From: Dehalococcoidia bacterium
Lineage (GTDB): Bacteria; Chloroflexota; Dehalococcoidia; Lucifugimonadales; JAGWBF01
Assembly (NCBI GenBank): GCA_965248975.1
Contig: CBDFKU010000016.1
Location: 64,764-128,763, forward strand
Length of the DNA: 64,000 nt
Direction: 5' to 3'
Shown: positions 43,943 to 53,242 of the stretch, one piece after another
Position numbering within the stretch: the stretch's first letter is position 1
Layout: every line of letters starts with the position of its first letter
Notes under the pieces: generated by a model
Seen by the model: only the letters and a program-made list of their open reading frames with translations
The model's database searches: none
Told to the model about the DNA's origin: nothing
Made by a program: the position numbers and the translations under genes

Positions 43943-45622
43943 GTGATGGAGGAAGAAGGGCCCTCCCCCAGCCGGAGGGTGGCCACCAGCGACGATCTCG
44001 AGGTGTCCACCTACCTGGAGATAGCGGAGGGGAAGGGGAGCGGAGGCGCCCAGCCCGAAGCCGGCCCCGACGCGGCGCGCGAAGGCGTGGTGGTGGTCGA
44101 CTTCGGTTCCCAGTACAGCAAGCTCATCGCCCGCCGGGTTCGGGAGCTAAAGGTCTACTGCGAGGTGGTCCCTCCCGAAACGAGTTGGGACCAAGTCGCC
44201 GGCATCCACCCCAAGGGCATCATCCTCTCGGGCGGTCCCTCCAGCGTCTACGATCAGGACGCCCTCCTTGTTCCAACCTGGGTCTACGAGCATTCCCTCC
44301 CGGTTCTGGGCATCTGCTATGGCATGCAGGCCCTGGCCCACCAGTTGGGGGGTAAGGTAGCCCCGGGCCTCAAACGAGAGTACGGCCACGCCGTTCTTCA
44401 CCAGAACGTCTCTTCCGAGGCCGGCGTCCACCCGCTGTTCGATAATCTCCCCACTTCCATGCCCGTGTGGATGAGCCACGGGGACCGGATCGAAGAGCTT
44501 CCCCCGGGATTCACCTCCCTCGGATACACCGACAACTCCCCTGTCGCGGTCATGGGCGGCGATGGCGTCATCGGGCTCCAGTTCCACCCCGAGGTGGTCC
44601 ATACCGTCCACGGGAAGACCATCCTGGAAAACTTCTTGTACCGCATTTGCGGATGCAGAGGCACGTGGACCGCGCCCAATTTCGTGAGAGAGTCCATCGA
44701 CTCCATAAAGAGGCAGGTCGGGGGCGGCAAGGTGATCTGCGCCCTGTCCGGAGGGGTCGATTCGGCGGTGACGGCCAGCCTGGTGCACCGGGCCATCGGC
44801 AGCCAGCTAACCTGCATATTCGTCAACAACGGCCTGCTACGCCGGGAGGAGGCGGAGCGGGTGGTCAAGGCCTTCCAGAGGAGTCTCCAACTCAATCTCG
44901 TTTACATCGACGCCTCGGACCGCTTCGTGAATCGCCTTTCGGGTGTGACGGACCCGGAGGAGAAGCGCAAGGTGGTGGGGGAGGAGTTCATCCGGGTCTT
45001 TCAGGAGGCCGCCTCGGATCTGGACGACACCGAGTTCCTCGCCCAGGGCACCCTGTATCCCGATGTCATAGAGAGTCTGACTCCCGAGAACCGGGCGTCG
45101 GCCAAGATCAAGACGCACCACAACGTGGGCGGTCTCCCAAAGGACCTGAAGTTCAAGCTGGTGGAGCCCCTCAGATACCTGTTCAAGGACGAGGTCCGCG
45201 ACGTGGGGCTAGAGCTGGGGCTGCCCTACGAGATCGTCTACCGCCAGCCCTTCCCGGGGCCGGGCTTGGCCATCCGCATCATCGGCGATGTTACCACGGA
45301 GAAGCTGGACATGCTGCGCCAATGCGACTGGATCGTCATCGACGAGATCAAGGCAGCCAATCTGTATCATCAGCTATGGCAGACCTTCGCCGTCCTCACC
45401 GACAGCCGCAGCGTTGGGATAACAGGAGACCATCGCACTTACAGCCACGTTGTCGCCATCCGAGCGGTGAGCAGTGAGGACGCCATGACAGCCGACTGGG
45501 TGCGCCTGCCCTACGATGTCCTGGCCAGCATCTCCAACCGAATCGTCAACGAAGTCGCGGGCGTAAACCGGGTAGTGTACGACATCACCAGCAAGCCCCC
45601 TGGTACCATCGAGTGGGAGTAG
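43943..45622 (+). CDS. guaA: GMP synthase (glutamine-hydrolysing)
   Basis: GATase 'VVVDFGSQYSKLIARRVRE...GICYGMQ', PP-loop 'ALSGGVDSAV', C-terminal 'KPPGTIEWE'. A ~45-aa N-terminal extension leaves the start uncertain. Confidence 0.95.
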   Translation: MMEEEGPSPSRRVATSDDLEVSTYLEIAEGKGSGGAQPEAGPDAAREGVVVVDFGSQYSKLIARRVRELKVYCEVVPPETSWDQVAGIHPKGIILSGGPSSVYDQDALLVPTWVYEHSLPVLGICYGMQALAHQLGGKVAPGLKREYGHAVLHQNVSSEAGVHPLFDNLPTSMPVWMSHGDRIEELPPGFTSLGYTDNSPVAVMGGDGVIGLQFHPEVVHTVHGKTILENFLYRICGCRGTWTAPNFVRESIDSIKRQVGGGKVICALSGGVDSAVTASLVHRAIGSQLTCIFVNNGLLRREEAERVVKAFQRSLQLNLVYIDASDRFVNRLSGVTDPEEKRKVVGEEFIRVFQEAASDLDDTEFLAQGTLYPDVIESLTPENRASAKIKTHHNVGGLPKDLKFKLVEPLRYLFKDEVRDVGLELGLPYEIVYRQPFPGPGLAIRIIGDVTTEKLDMLRQCDWIVIDEIKAANLYHQLWQTFAVLTDSRSVGITGDHRTYSHVVAIRAVSSEDAMTADWVRLPYDVLASISNRIVNEVAGVNRVVYDITSKPPGTIEWE

Positions 45623-45668
45623 GCGTGGACTTGTCCGCCGGCGTCTACAGCGGGCAGGAAGGCCACCC

Positions 45669-46943
45669 GTGAACGTGCTGGTCATCGGATCGGGGGCCAG
45701 GGAGCACGCCATAGCCTGGAAGCTTCAGCAGAGCCCCAGAGTCGACCGCCTTCTGTTAGTACCCGGCAACGCCGGCACCGCGGCGGTAGGCACCAACCTC
45801 AAAGGCTCTCCCGATGACACCGAGGAGATGGTACGGCTGGCCGAAGTCCACGGAGCCGACCTGACCGTGGTGGGCCCAGAGACTCCCCTTGCCGCCGGCA
45901 TCGTGGACAGATTCAACGAGCGGGGTTTGCCCATCTTCGGCCCAACAAAGGATGCGGCTCGCATCGAGTCCAGCAAGGAGTTCGCCAAAGAGCTGATGGA
46001 CCGCCACGGCGTTCCTTGCCCCCAGTTCAAGGTCTTCCGGGACTACCACGCGGCTGAGAGCTTTCTGTCGGACCACGATGGTCCCATCGTGGTCAAGGCC
46101 GACGGCTTGGCGGCTGGGAAGGGTGTATTCGTCTGCCGCGAGAAGCAGGAGGCGTTGGCAGCCCTCCACGCCTGCATGGTGGACGGGGCCTTCGGGCCTT
46201 CGGGCGACACCGTGGTTCTGGAGGAGTACCTGGAGGGCCGGGAGGTCAGCGTTTTCGCGTTTTGCGACGGCGAAGGCATCTCGCCTCTGGTGGCCGCCTG
46301 CGACTACAAGCGCCTCAGTGACGACGACGCCGGCCCCAACACAGGCGGCATGGGTGGCTACACGCCCCCGGAGTTCTGGACGCCTTCCTTGGAACGGACC
46401 GTGCGCGAAGAGATCATGGTCCCGGTGGTCAGGGCGCTGAAGGACGAGGGAGCGCCGTACAGAGGTGTGCTCTATGCCGGGCTGATGGTCACCTCTCAGG
46501 GCCCGAAGGTCATCGAGTTCAACTGCCGTCTGGGAGACCCAGAGGCCCAGGTCATCCTGCCCCTCCTGGACACCGACCTGGTGGAGGTGATCGAGGCGAC
46601 GCTGGACGTCAGGGCCGACACCGCACCGATCCACTGGCGTCGTGAGGCCTGCGTGGGGGTAGTGCTGGCCTCGGGGGGCTATCCCGGGGAATACGCCAGG
46701 GGGCTACCTATCACCGGACTGGACCGGGTGGACTCGGGTGTCGAGGTCTTCCACGCCGGCACCAGGCTCGGCGAGGGCGGCGATGTAGTCACCGATGGAG
46801 GACGCGTCCTCACGGTGACGGCCCGTGGCGAGACCCTATCCCAAGCACGGGAGAGGGCCTATGGCAACGTACGTCGGGTCTCGTTCGAGGGTGCCCACTA
46901 CCGGAGCGACATAGCCCTGATAGCGCAGGCGGCCGCCACTTGA
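45669..46943 (+). CDS. purD: phosphoribosylamine--glycine ligase
   Basis: 'MNVLVIGSGAREHAIAWKL', 'VVKADGLAAGKGV' and 'EFNCRLGDPE'. Confidence 0.93.
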   Translation: MNVLVIGSGAREHAIAWKLQQSPRVDRLLLVPGNAGTAAVGTNLKGSPDDTEEMVRLAEVHGADLTVVGPETPLAAGIVDRFNERGLPIFGPTKDAARIESSKEFAKELMDRHGVPCPQFKVFRDYHAAESFLSDHDGPIVVKADGLAAGKGVFVCREKQEALAALHACMVDGAFGPSGDTVVLEEYLEGREVSVFAFCDGEGISPLVAACDYKRLSDDDAGPNTGGMGGYTPPEFWTPSLERTVREEIMVPVVRALKDEGAPYRGVLYAGLMVTSQGPKVIEFNCRLGDPEAQVILPLLDTDLVEVIEATLDVRADTAPIHWRREACVGVVLASGGYPGEYARGLPITGLDRVDSGVEVFHAGTRLGEGGDVVTDGGRVLTVTARGETLSQARERAYGNVRRVSFEGAHYRSDIALIAQAAAT

Positions 46944-46985
46944 AGCCGCCCCGAAAGTCTATAGCCGCCTCAGGAGGATACGCCA

Positions 46986-47444
46986 GTGCCTAAAGTAAGC
47001 GTGGTCATCGGGAGCACCTCCGACGAGCCCATAATACAGGAGACCGTCAAGGTGCTGGAGGACATGGGGGTGGACTACGAGGTACGGGTAATGTCGGCCC
47101 ACCGCGTCCCGGAGCGGGTGAGGGAGTACGCCCTCGAGGCGCCCGCCCGGGGCGTGGAGGTGTTCATCGCCGCGGCGGGAGGAGCGGCCGCACTTCCCGG
47201 AGTCCTGGCCTCCTGGAGCACCCTGCCCGTGATCGGCGTACCCCTGGCCAGCAGCGAGCTCAAGGGCCTGGACTCCCTGATGGCGGTGGCTCAGATGCCG
47301 CCGGGCATTCCCGTCGCCTGCATGGCAGTCGGCTCCTGGGGCGCTCGCAATGCCGCCTTCCTGGCCGCCGAGATTCTCGGTCTGAAGTATGATAGGATTA
47401 AAGAGGCCTATGAGCAGTACCGACAAAAACTGCGCGAAGGATAG
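46986..47444 (+). CDS. purE: 5-(carboxyamino)imidazole ribonucleotide mutase
   Basis: 'VSVVIGSTSDEP', 'MSAHRVPE' and 'AAGGAAALPGV'. GTG start 8 nt after AGGAGG. Confidence 0.9.
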   Translation: MPKVSVVIGSTSDEPIIQETVKVLEDMGVDYEVRVMSAHRVPERVREYALEAPARGVEVFIAAAGGAAALPGVLASWSTLPVIGVPLASSELKGLDSLMAVAQMPPGIPVACMAVGSWGARNAAFLAAEILGLKYDRIKEAYEQYRQKLREG

Positions 47445-48174
47445 CCTCTTAGAGAACGTGGACTTCGGGATACCACCCGCCGTCCTTTGCGATTTCGACG
47501 ACACGACGGCGGTGGAAAACGTGGCGGAGTTGCTTCTGGCCCGTTTCAGCCAGGACTCGGCCTGGAAAGAGTTGCAGCAACAGTCCCGTGAGAACCGCAT
47601 CGGCCTCAAGGAGTACCAAGAGCGGGCCTTCGGCGGCACCAGGGCCAGCCGCGAGGAGATGCAGGCGCTGGTAAAGGCTCAGGCGACCCTGCGTCCCCAC
47701 TTCAAAGAGCTCTGGAGCTACTGTCGAACTAGGTCCATTCCCTTGGGCATAGTCACCGTAGGACTGGACTTCTACGTGGACGCGTTGCTGGAGAGGGAAG
47801 GGTTGGAGGACGTGCCCCGCTACGCCGTAAAGACAGGGTTCACGCCCCAGGGGATCACCTACGAGTACCTCCACACCTGGGACGGCTCGGGAGGCTCGCC
47901 GCAGGAAGTGTGCAGCCGTTGGGGCAATTGCAAGTGCAGCGTTCTCGGGAAGTACAGGCGGATGGGCCACCCCATCTTCTACGTTGGCGACGGGCGATCG
48001 GACTACTGCCCTGCCTCAGTGGCCGACCGGGTTTTCGCCCGCAGCCATCTGGCGCGACTTTGCGACGAGAAAGGGATGTCCTACACCGAGTTCAGGGACT
48101 TTCGTGACGTGATGCAAGGGCTCGACGACTGGACGGCCCAACGCGGCGGGGCCACGGGCGGAGACAACCCATGA
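47410..48174 (+). CDS. HAD-superfamily phosphatase, MtnX-like
   Basis: HAD motif I 'VLCDFDDTT' and motif IV 'FYVGDGRSDYCPA'. The Cys pair 'CSRWGNCKC' recalls MtnX-type enzymes. The start is uncertain (ORF opens at 47389; ATG 47410). The stop overlaps the purB ATG (ATGA 48171-48174). Confidence 0.6.
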   Translation: MSSTDKNCAKDSLLENVDFGIPPAVLCDFDDTTAVENVAELLLARFSQDSAWKELQQQSRENRIGLKEYQERAFGGTRASREEMQALVKAQATLRPHFKELWSYCRTRSIPLGIVTVGLDFYVDALLEREGLEDVPRYAVKTGFTPQGITYEYLHTWDGSGGSPQEVCSRWGNCKCSVLGKYRRMGHPIFYVGDGRSDYCPASVADRVFARSHLARLCDEKGMSYTEFRDFRDVMQGLDDWTAQRGGATGGDNP

Positions 48175-49511
48175 TCGACCGGTACTCCCGTCCCAGGATG
48201 AAAGAGGTCTGGTCGGACGATAGCAAGTACGGCAAATGGCTCCGAGTCGAGCTCGCCGTCTGCGAGGCCTGGGCCGAAGAGGGCGTCATACCGTGGGATG
48301 ACATGGAGAAGCTCCGCCTTGCCCGGTGGGACCGGCGGATCATGGAAGAGGCCTTCCAGCGCACTAGGCACGACGTGACTGCATTCCTGAGCTCTGTGAC
48401 CGACGGTCTCGGAGAAGAGGGGAGGTGGCTCCACCTGGGGCTGACCTCCAGCGACGTGATCGACACCGCCCTCAGCCTCCAGCTGGTGCAGGCCTGCGAA
48501 CTCATCCTGGAGGACGTAGATGAGCTTAGAGACGCCCTGAGAACGCAGGCCACTAAGTACAAAGACACTGCCATGTCGGGCCGGACCCACGGCGTTCACG
48601 CCGAGCCGATAACCTTCGGACTCAAGATGGCCCTGTGGTGGGACGAGATGGGCAGGCAGCGGGAGAGGCTGCAGCAGGCCCTCCAGAGCGTTCGCGTCGG
48701 CAAGATATCGGGTGCCGTGGGAACCCACGCCACCGTCCCTCCCCGGGTTGAAGACTCAGTGTGCAGGAGGCTGGGGATCGAGGCAGCGCCGGTGTCCAGC
48801 CAGATAGTGCAGCGCGACCGCCACGCCCATTTTGTGACCACCCTCGCCCTGATAGCCGCCTCGCTGGAGAAGTTCGCCACCGAGATCCGTTCCCTGCAGC
48901 GGACCGAAGTACGGGAGGTCGAGGAGCCCTTCGCCGAGGGGCAGACCGGCTCCTCCGCCATGCCCCACAAGCGCAATCCGGAGCTGTCGGAGCGGGTGTG
49001 CGGGCTGGCCAGGCTCATCCGGGGCCACAGTGTCACTGCCCTGGAGAACGTGGCCCTCTGGCACGAGCGGGACATCAGCCACTCCTCGGCGGAGCGCCTG
49101 ATCCTGCCCGATTCCTGCCTGGCACTGGACTACATTCTTGGTCTCTTCACCGGCGTGGTCCGGGGCCTCAGGGTCTATCCCCAGCGGATGTGGGACAACA
49201 TGGAGAGCACTCAAGGGCTGCTGTTCAGCCAGCGAGTGCTACTCGCTCTGGTGGAGAAAGGCATGGCCAGGGACAGGGCCTACGAGTTGGTGCAGCGCGA
49301 CGCCATGCGATGCTGGGATGAGGGCCTGGACTTCCGGGACCTCCTGAAATCCGACGCAGAAGTGACATCATATCTTCCGATTGAGGAGCTGACGAGCCTG
49401 TTCGACTACGGCTACTACTTGAGGTACGTCGAGGACACCTTCCGGCGGATAGGCCTAGTGGAAGAGGGGGTACCGGCAGGCCTTGGGGCCGCCGGTCAGG
49501 GGGGGCAATGA
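48171..49511 (+). CDS. purB: adenylosuccinate lyase
   Basis: 'GLTSSDV', 'GRTHGVHAEP' and signature loop 'GSSAMPHKRNP'. Confidence 0.93.
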   Translation: MIDRYSRPRMKEVWSDDSKYGKWLRVELAVCEAWAEEGVIPWDDMEKLRLARWDRRIMEEAFQRTRHDVTAFLSSVTDGLGEEGRWLHLGLTSSDVIDTALSLQLVQACELILEDVDELRDALRTQATKYKDTAMSGRTHGVHAEPITFGLKMALWWDEMGRQRERLQQALQSVRVGKISGAVGTHATVPPRVEDSVCRRLGIEAAPVSSQIVQRDRHAHFVTTLALIAASLEKFATEIRSLQRTEVREVEEPFAEGQTGSSAMPHKRNPELSERVCGLARLIRGHSVTALENVALWHERDISHSSAERLILPDSCLALDYILGLFTGVVRGLRVYPQRMWDNMESTQGLLFSQRVLLALVEKGMARDRAYELVQRDAMRCWDEGLDFRDLLKSDAEVTSYLPIEELTSLFDYGYYLRYVEDTFRRIGLVEEGVPAGLGAAGQGGQ

Positions 49512-50419
49512 TAGTCGAGACGCGCATCGGCGGCACGGAGCCCTGGCACAGGGGCAAAGTCAGGGATACCTACGAGCTGGGTGACGGGCTGCTCCTGATG
49601 GTTTCCACGGACCGTATCTCGGCCTTCGACCTGGTGCTGCCCAACGGCATACCCCGCAAGGGCCTGGTCCTGGCCCGGATGGCTGCTTTCTGGTTTCGAC
49701 AGACGGCCGACCTAGTGGACAACCACCTTGTCGGCATGGCCGATGACGAGGGGGTCGTGAAGAACCGGGGGGACGCCTCGTTGCTGGACCGGGTGGACCG
49801 GGAAACGGCCCGCCAGGCCATGGTCGTCAGGAAGGCCAAACGGATCGACATCGAGTGCATCGTCCGGGGATACCTGGCAGGCTCGGCGTGGGGTGAATAC
49901 AGACGCAACGGCACCGTCTGGGGCGATACGATGCCGGCAGGCCTCGTCGAGGGGCAGGCGCTGCCACAGCCGATATTCACGCCCACAACCAAGGCCGAAG
50001 AGGGCCACGACGAGAGCATGACCCGGCACCAGGTTGTCGACTTGGTGGGGGAGGACCTAGCCCGCCAATTGGAGGAAACCAGCATAAGGGTCTACAAGTC
50101 GGCCCACGAATACGCCAGCCAGAAGGGCATCATCCTTGCCGATACCAAGATGGAGTTCGGCCTTCTGGACGACAGCCTCATCCTCATAGACGAGCTGCTC
50201 ACCCCCGACTCCAGCCGGTTCTGGGACGCCTCCGGGTACGAACCCGGCCGCTCGTTGCCCAACTTCGACAAACAGTACGTCAGGGACTGGCTGGACTCTC
50301 AGGGCTGGAATCGGGAGCCTCCGGCTCCACCCCTGCCAGAGGATGTCGCCTGGAAGACATCCCAACGCTACGTCGAGGCTTATCGACGCCTGACAGGCGA
50401 GGATCTGCCCATAGAATGA
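49508..50419 (+). CDS. purC: phosphoribosylaminoimidazole-succinocarboxamide synthase
   Basis: 'GKVRDTYE', 'VSTDRISAFD' and 'LADTKMEFG'. Its start overlaps the purB stop by 4 nt. Confidence 0.92.
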   Translation: MIVETRIGGTEPWHRGKVRDTYELGDGLLLMVSTDRISAFDLVLPNGIPRKGLVLARMAAFWFRQTADLVDNHLVGMADDEGVVKNRGDASLLDRVDRETARQAMVVRKAKRIDIECIVRGYLAGSAWGEYRRNGTVWGDTMPAGLVEGQALPQPIFTPTTKAEEGHDESMTRHQVVDLVGEDLARQLEETSIRVYKSAHEYASQKGIILADTKMEFGLLDDSLILIDELLTPDSSRFWDASGYEPGRSLPNFDKQYVRDWLDSQGWNREPPAPPLPEDVAWKTSQRYVEAYRRLTGEDLPIE

Positions 50420-50436
50420 AAGACGAGGGATAAGAA

Positions 50437-51165
50437 TTGCCAGAGTCAAAGGGCCGGAGAAGGGGCACCAAGAGGCCTTCCCGGCCGAGAAGACGGAATA
50501 CTGCGGCCGCCCCGGCTGCCACGGGTAGCAGTGAAGGTACAGCTCGGCGTCGATGGAGACCACGGCTCCGCGCCAGGACGTGGCGGCGAATCCGCCGTTG
50601 GGGATTCGTCAGTGCAGCCGGCCTCGTAGCTGTCCTCGTGATCGCCGCCTTCGCCCTCTCCTCCGTCGGTCCCGGTGTCGGGGGAGGCCAATCCCAGGTG
50701 GTCGAGGGTGTGGGCACTCGGGTATCCATCGAGGGCGAGTCCCATGTTACCGCCGGGACCGCCGTTGCTTACCGGACCAGCCCCCCGACCTCAGGGGACC
50801 ATTGGCCTACGCCGGCCGAGTGTGGAATCCACGACATACCGGTGCCGGATGAGCAGGTGGTCCACAACATGGAGCATGGGCACGTAATCATTAGCTACAA
50901 CCTCCCGGACCCGGAGGACAAAGCACGGTTCCTTGCCATCGCGGGGGACCTCCCCAGCCTCGACCGTTGGGGCATCGTCCGCCCATATGAAGGCATCGAC
51001 CCCGGGACAGTCGGCATGACCGCCTGGGGCGTGTTGGATACGGTCGAAGGCGTGGACGAGGCACGCATAACCAAGTTCTACGAAACATACATGCGCAATC
51101 GTTTCAGCGACGAGACCGCCCTGGCAGGTCCGATAGCTTGCCAAGCCATCAGCCGCGGTGGGTAG
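50437..51165 (+). CDS. DUF3105 domain-containing membrane protein
   Basis: Very Arg-rich N-terminus, TM 'VSAAGLVAVLVIAAFAL', then 'SPPTSGDHWPTPAECGIHD...VVHNMEHGHVIISYN', the DUF3105 signature as I recall it. TTG start is uncertain. Confidence 0.65.
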   Translation: MPESKGRRRGTKRPSRPRRRNTAAAPAATGSSEGTARRRWRPRLRARTWRRIRRWGFVSAAGLVAVLVIAAFALSSVGPGVGGGQSQVVEGVGTRVSIEGESHVTAGTAVAYRTSPPTSGDHWPTPAECGIHDIPVPDEQVVHNMEHGHVIISYNLPDPEDKARFLAIAGDLPSLDRWGIVRPYEGIDPGTVGMTAWGVLDTVEGVDEARITKFYETYMRNRFSDETALAGPIACQAISRGG

Positions 51166-51265
51166 CCTGGCGCACGTGAAATGGACGTGTGCGGGCCGAG
51201 AGGTGTATGCTTCCGCCGGTAACCTGGACCACGAGGTTACTGTCTAAGACCGAGCGAGGACCGAG

Positions 51266-51517
51266 ATGTTTCTGGCCAGAATTTACGTAACCCTCAAGCC
51301 CTCCATCAACGACCCCCAGGGACAGACCGTTCTGGGGGGCCTGAAGACCCTGGGCTTCGACACCGTAGAGTCTGTGCGTATGGGCAAATACATGGAAGTG
51401 CGGGTGTCGGAGGAAGAGCGCGGCCGCGCTGAGGAACAGGTCGGCCAGATGTGCGACAAGCTGCTGGCCAACCCGGTGATGGAGGAAGTTCGCTTCGAGC
51501 TGGAGGAGATACCCTAG
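51266..51517 (+). CDS. purS: phosphoribosylformylglycinamidine synthase subunit PurS
   Basis: 83 aa with 'ARIYVTLKPSINDPQGQTVLGGLKTLGF' and 'GKYMEV'. Confidence 0.87.
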   Translation: MFLARIYVTLKPSINDPQGQTVLGGLKTLGFDTVESVRMGKYMEVRVSEEERGRAEEQVGQMCDKLLANPVMEEVRFELEEIP

Positions 51518-52113
51518 CCCTGGATGGTGCCCTTGGTGCTGGGTATCCGGCCCTGGGACCGCGGGTCCGGCTCCATGGCGTAGCGCAACGCCTTGGCCAG
51601 CGCCTTGAAAAGGGCCTCGGCCTTGTGATGGGAGTTCACCCCGCTCAGTATCTTGGCGTGAAGGGTGATCCTGGCCTCGGTTGCGAAGCTCTCCAGGAAA
51701 TGCCTCACCAGGTCCCCGGGCAGGGTCTCCACCATCTCATCGCCCAGAGAGATGTCCAAGGAAGCGTAGCTCCTGCCGCTCAGGTCCACCGCCACCATCG
51801 CCAGGGTCTCGTCCAGCGGGACGAAGGCGTGTCCCATGCGATGGATTCCGCCGCCGTCGCCCAGTGCCTCGCGGAAGGCCCGGCCCAGGGTTATCCCGGT
51901 GTCTTCCACCAGGTGGTGCCATCCGGTAGCGACGTCCCCCTCAGCCTTCAACGTTATGTCAATGAGGCCGTGGCGGGAAAGCTGGGCCAGGAGGTGGTCG
52001 AGCATTCCGTTGCCCGTTTGGATGTCGTGTTCGCCCTGGCCGTCCAGATCCAGAGACAAGGATATCTGGGTTTCGCCCGTGCGTCTCTCGACTGTGGTCT
52101 GCCGCGATGTCAA
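51514..52113 (-). CDS. hisB: imidazoleglycerol-phosphate dehydratase (monofunctional)
   Basis: 199 aa with 'RRTGETQISLSLDLDG' and 'GWHHLVEDTGI', ending 'PSTKGTI'. No N-terminal HAD phosphatase domain. Confidence 0.92.
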   Translation of the reverse strand: MTSRQTTVERRTGETQISLSLDLDGQGEHDIQTGNGMLDHLLAQLSRHGLIDITLKAEGDVATGWHHLVEDTGITLGRAFREALGDGGGIHRMGHAFVPLDETLAMVAVDLSGRSYASLDISLGDEMVETLPGDLVRHFLESFATEARITLHAKILSGVNSHHKAEALFKALAKALRYAMEPDPRSQGRIPSTKGTIQG

Positions 52114-52144
52114 GTCGTTGCTCCTTCGATTGCTCGGCGAGTGC

Positions 52145-53242
52145 TCAGGCTAGCTCTGCCAGCACGCCGCCCAACGCTTCTATCAGGGCGTCGGTCTCGT
52201 GAGGAAGCCCCACGCTGATCCGGAAGAAATCTCCCAGTCCGGAAAAGTACCTTACGAATATTCCTTCACGGCCCAGGCCTTCATAGACCTCTCTACCCTT
52301 GCCCTCAGGGAGCCCGCAGAAAATGAAGTTCGCCTCCGAGGGCCAGGGATAGATTCCCTCCAGGCTCCGCAGCATCAAGTACATGCGCTCCCGCTCAGAG
52401 ACGATAGCCTGGACCCGGGCGGTCAAGGCCTCCATGTCTGCCAGGGACGCCAGGAGAGCCACCTCTGCCGCCAGGTTCACGTTGTAGGGGGGTTTTACGG
52501 CCATCATCACCCCGGCCACCTCGGGTTGCATCACGCCCAGCCCTATGCGCAGACCCGCCAGGCCCGCCCACTTGCTGAAGGTGCGCAGCACGATGAGGTT
52601 CGGGTACTCCTGCACCAGGGGAAGGACGGTACGGCCGCAGAACTCGTAGTAGGTCTCGTCCACAACCACCAGCCTCCCCGTGTCCAGGAGGCGGCGTACC
52701 TGTCCCTCGGAGGCGATGTTCCCCGTCGGGTTGTTGGGAGAGGCGAAGAGGATAGCCTTGGTCCCGGAGTCCACGGCCCGTATCGTAGCCTCCAGATCGA
52801 TCTCCCAACTCTCGTCCCGCGGGACCGACACGACCTCGCCACCGCAGATGCGGGCGCAGACGGCGTACATGGCGAAGGTGGGCGCCGGGTCGATGATCCT
52901 CTCTCCGGGCGCCAGGAACATCCGCAGGATCAGGTCGATGATCTCGTCGCTGCCGTTGCCGGCGACGATGGATTCGGCCCCCACGCCCAGATACCCGGAC
53001 AGCGCCTCACGCAGCCGCCTCTGCTCGGGGTCGGGGTACAGATTATACTGTTTGTAGCCGCCCAGAGCCTCCGCCACCTTCCGCGACGGGCCGTAGGGAT
53101 TTTCGTTGCCGTTGAGCTTTATTATCCTGTCGGCCGGTATCCCCGCCCGCTGGGCCAGCACCTCGGGCGGGTCCACGCCCTGGTAAGCATCCAGACGGCG
53201 GATGTGGGGCTGCATCAGGTCAGTTGCCGAAACCGCGGTCAC
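52145..53242 (-). CDS. hisC: histidinol-phosphate aminotransferase
   Basis: 'KLNGNENPYGPS' and PLP-lysine context 'RTFSKWAGLAGLRIG'. Confidence 0.9.
   Translation of the reverse strand: MTAVSATDLMQPHIRRLDAYQGVDPPEVLAQRAGIPADRIIKLNGNENPYGPSRKVAEALGGYKQYNLYPDPEQRRLREALSGYLGVGAESIVAGNGSDEIIDLILRMFLAPGERIIDPAPTFAMYAVCARICGGEVVSVPRDESWEIDLEATIRAVDSGTKAILFASPNNPTGNIASEGQVRRLLDTGRLVVVDETYYEFCGRTVLPLVQEYPNLIVLRTFSKWAGLAGLRIGLGVMQPEVAGVMMAVKPPYNVNLAAEVALLASLADMEALTARVQAIVSERERMYLMLRSLEGIYPWPSEANFIFCGLPEGKGREVYEGLGREGIFVRYFSGLGDFFRISVGLPHETDALIEALGGVLAELA

Noticed and set aside
51166-51265. Possible purine or ZTP riboswitch upstream of purS.
   Set aside because: I find only two weak hairpins (GTAACC/GGTTAC and an imperfect CGCACGTG/CGTGTGCG). 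None of the conserved ZTP (GGGUCGUGACUGGCG...CCGCCUGGGCA-like) or purine-riboswitch junction sequences are present. A covariance-model scan would be needed to revive this idea.
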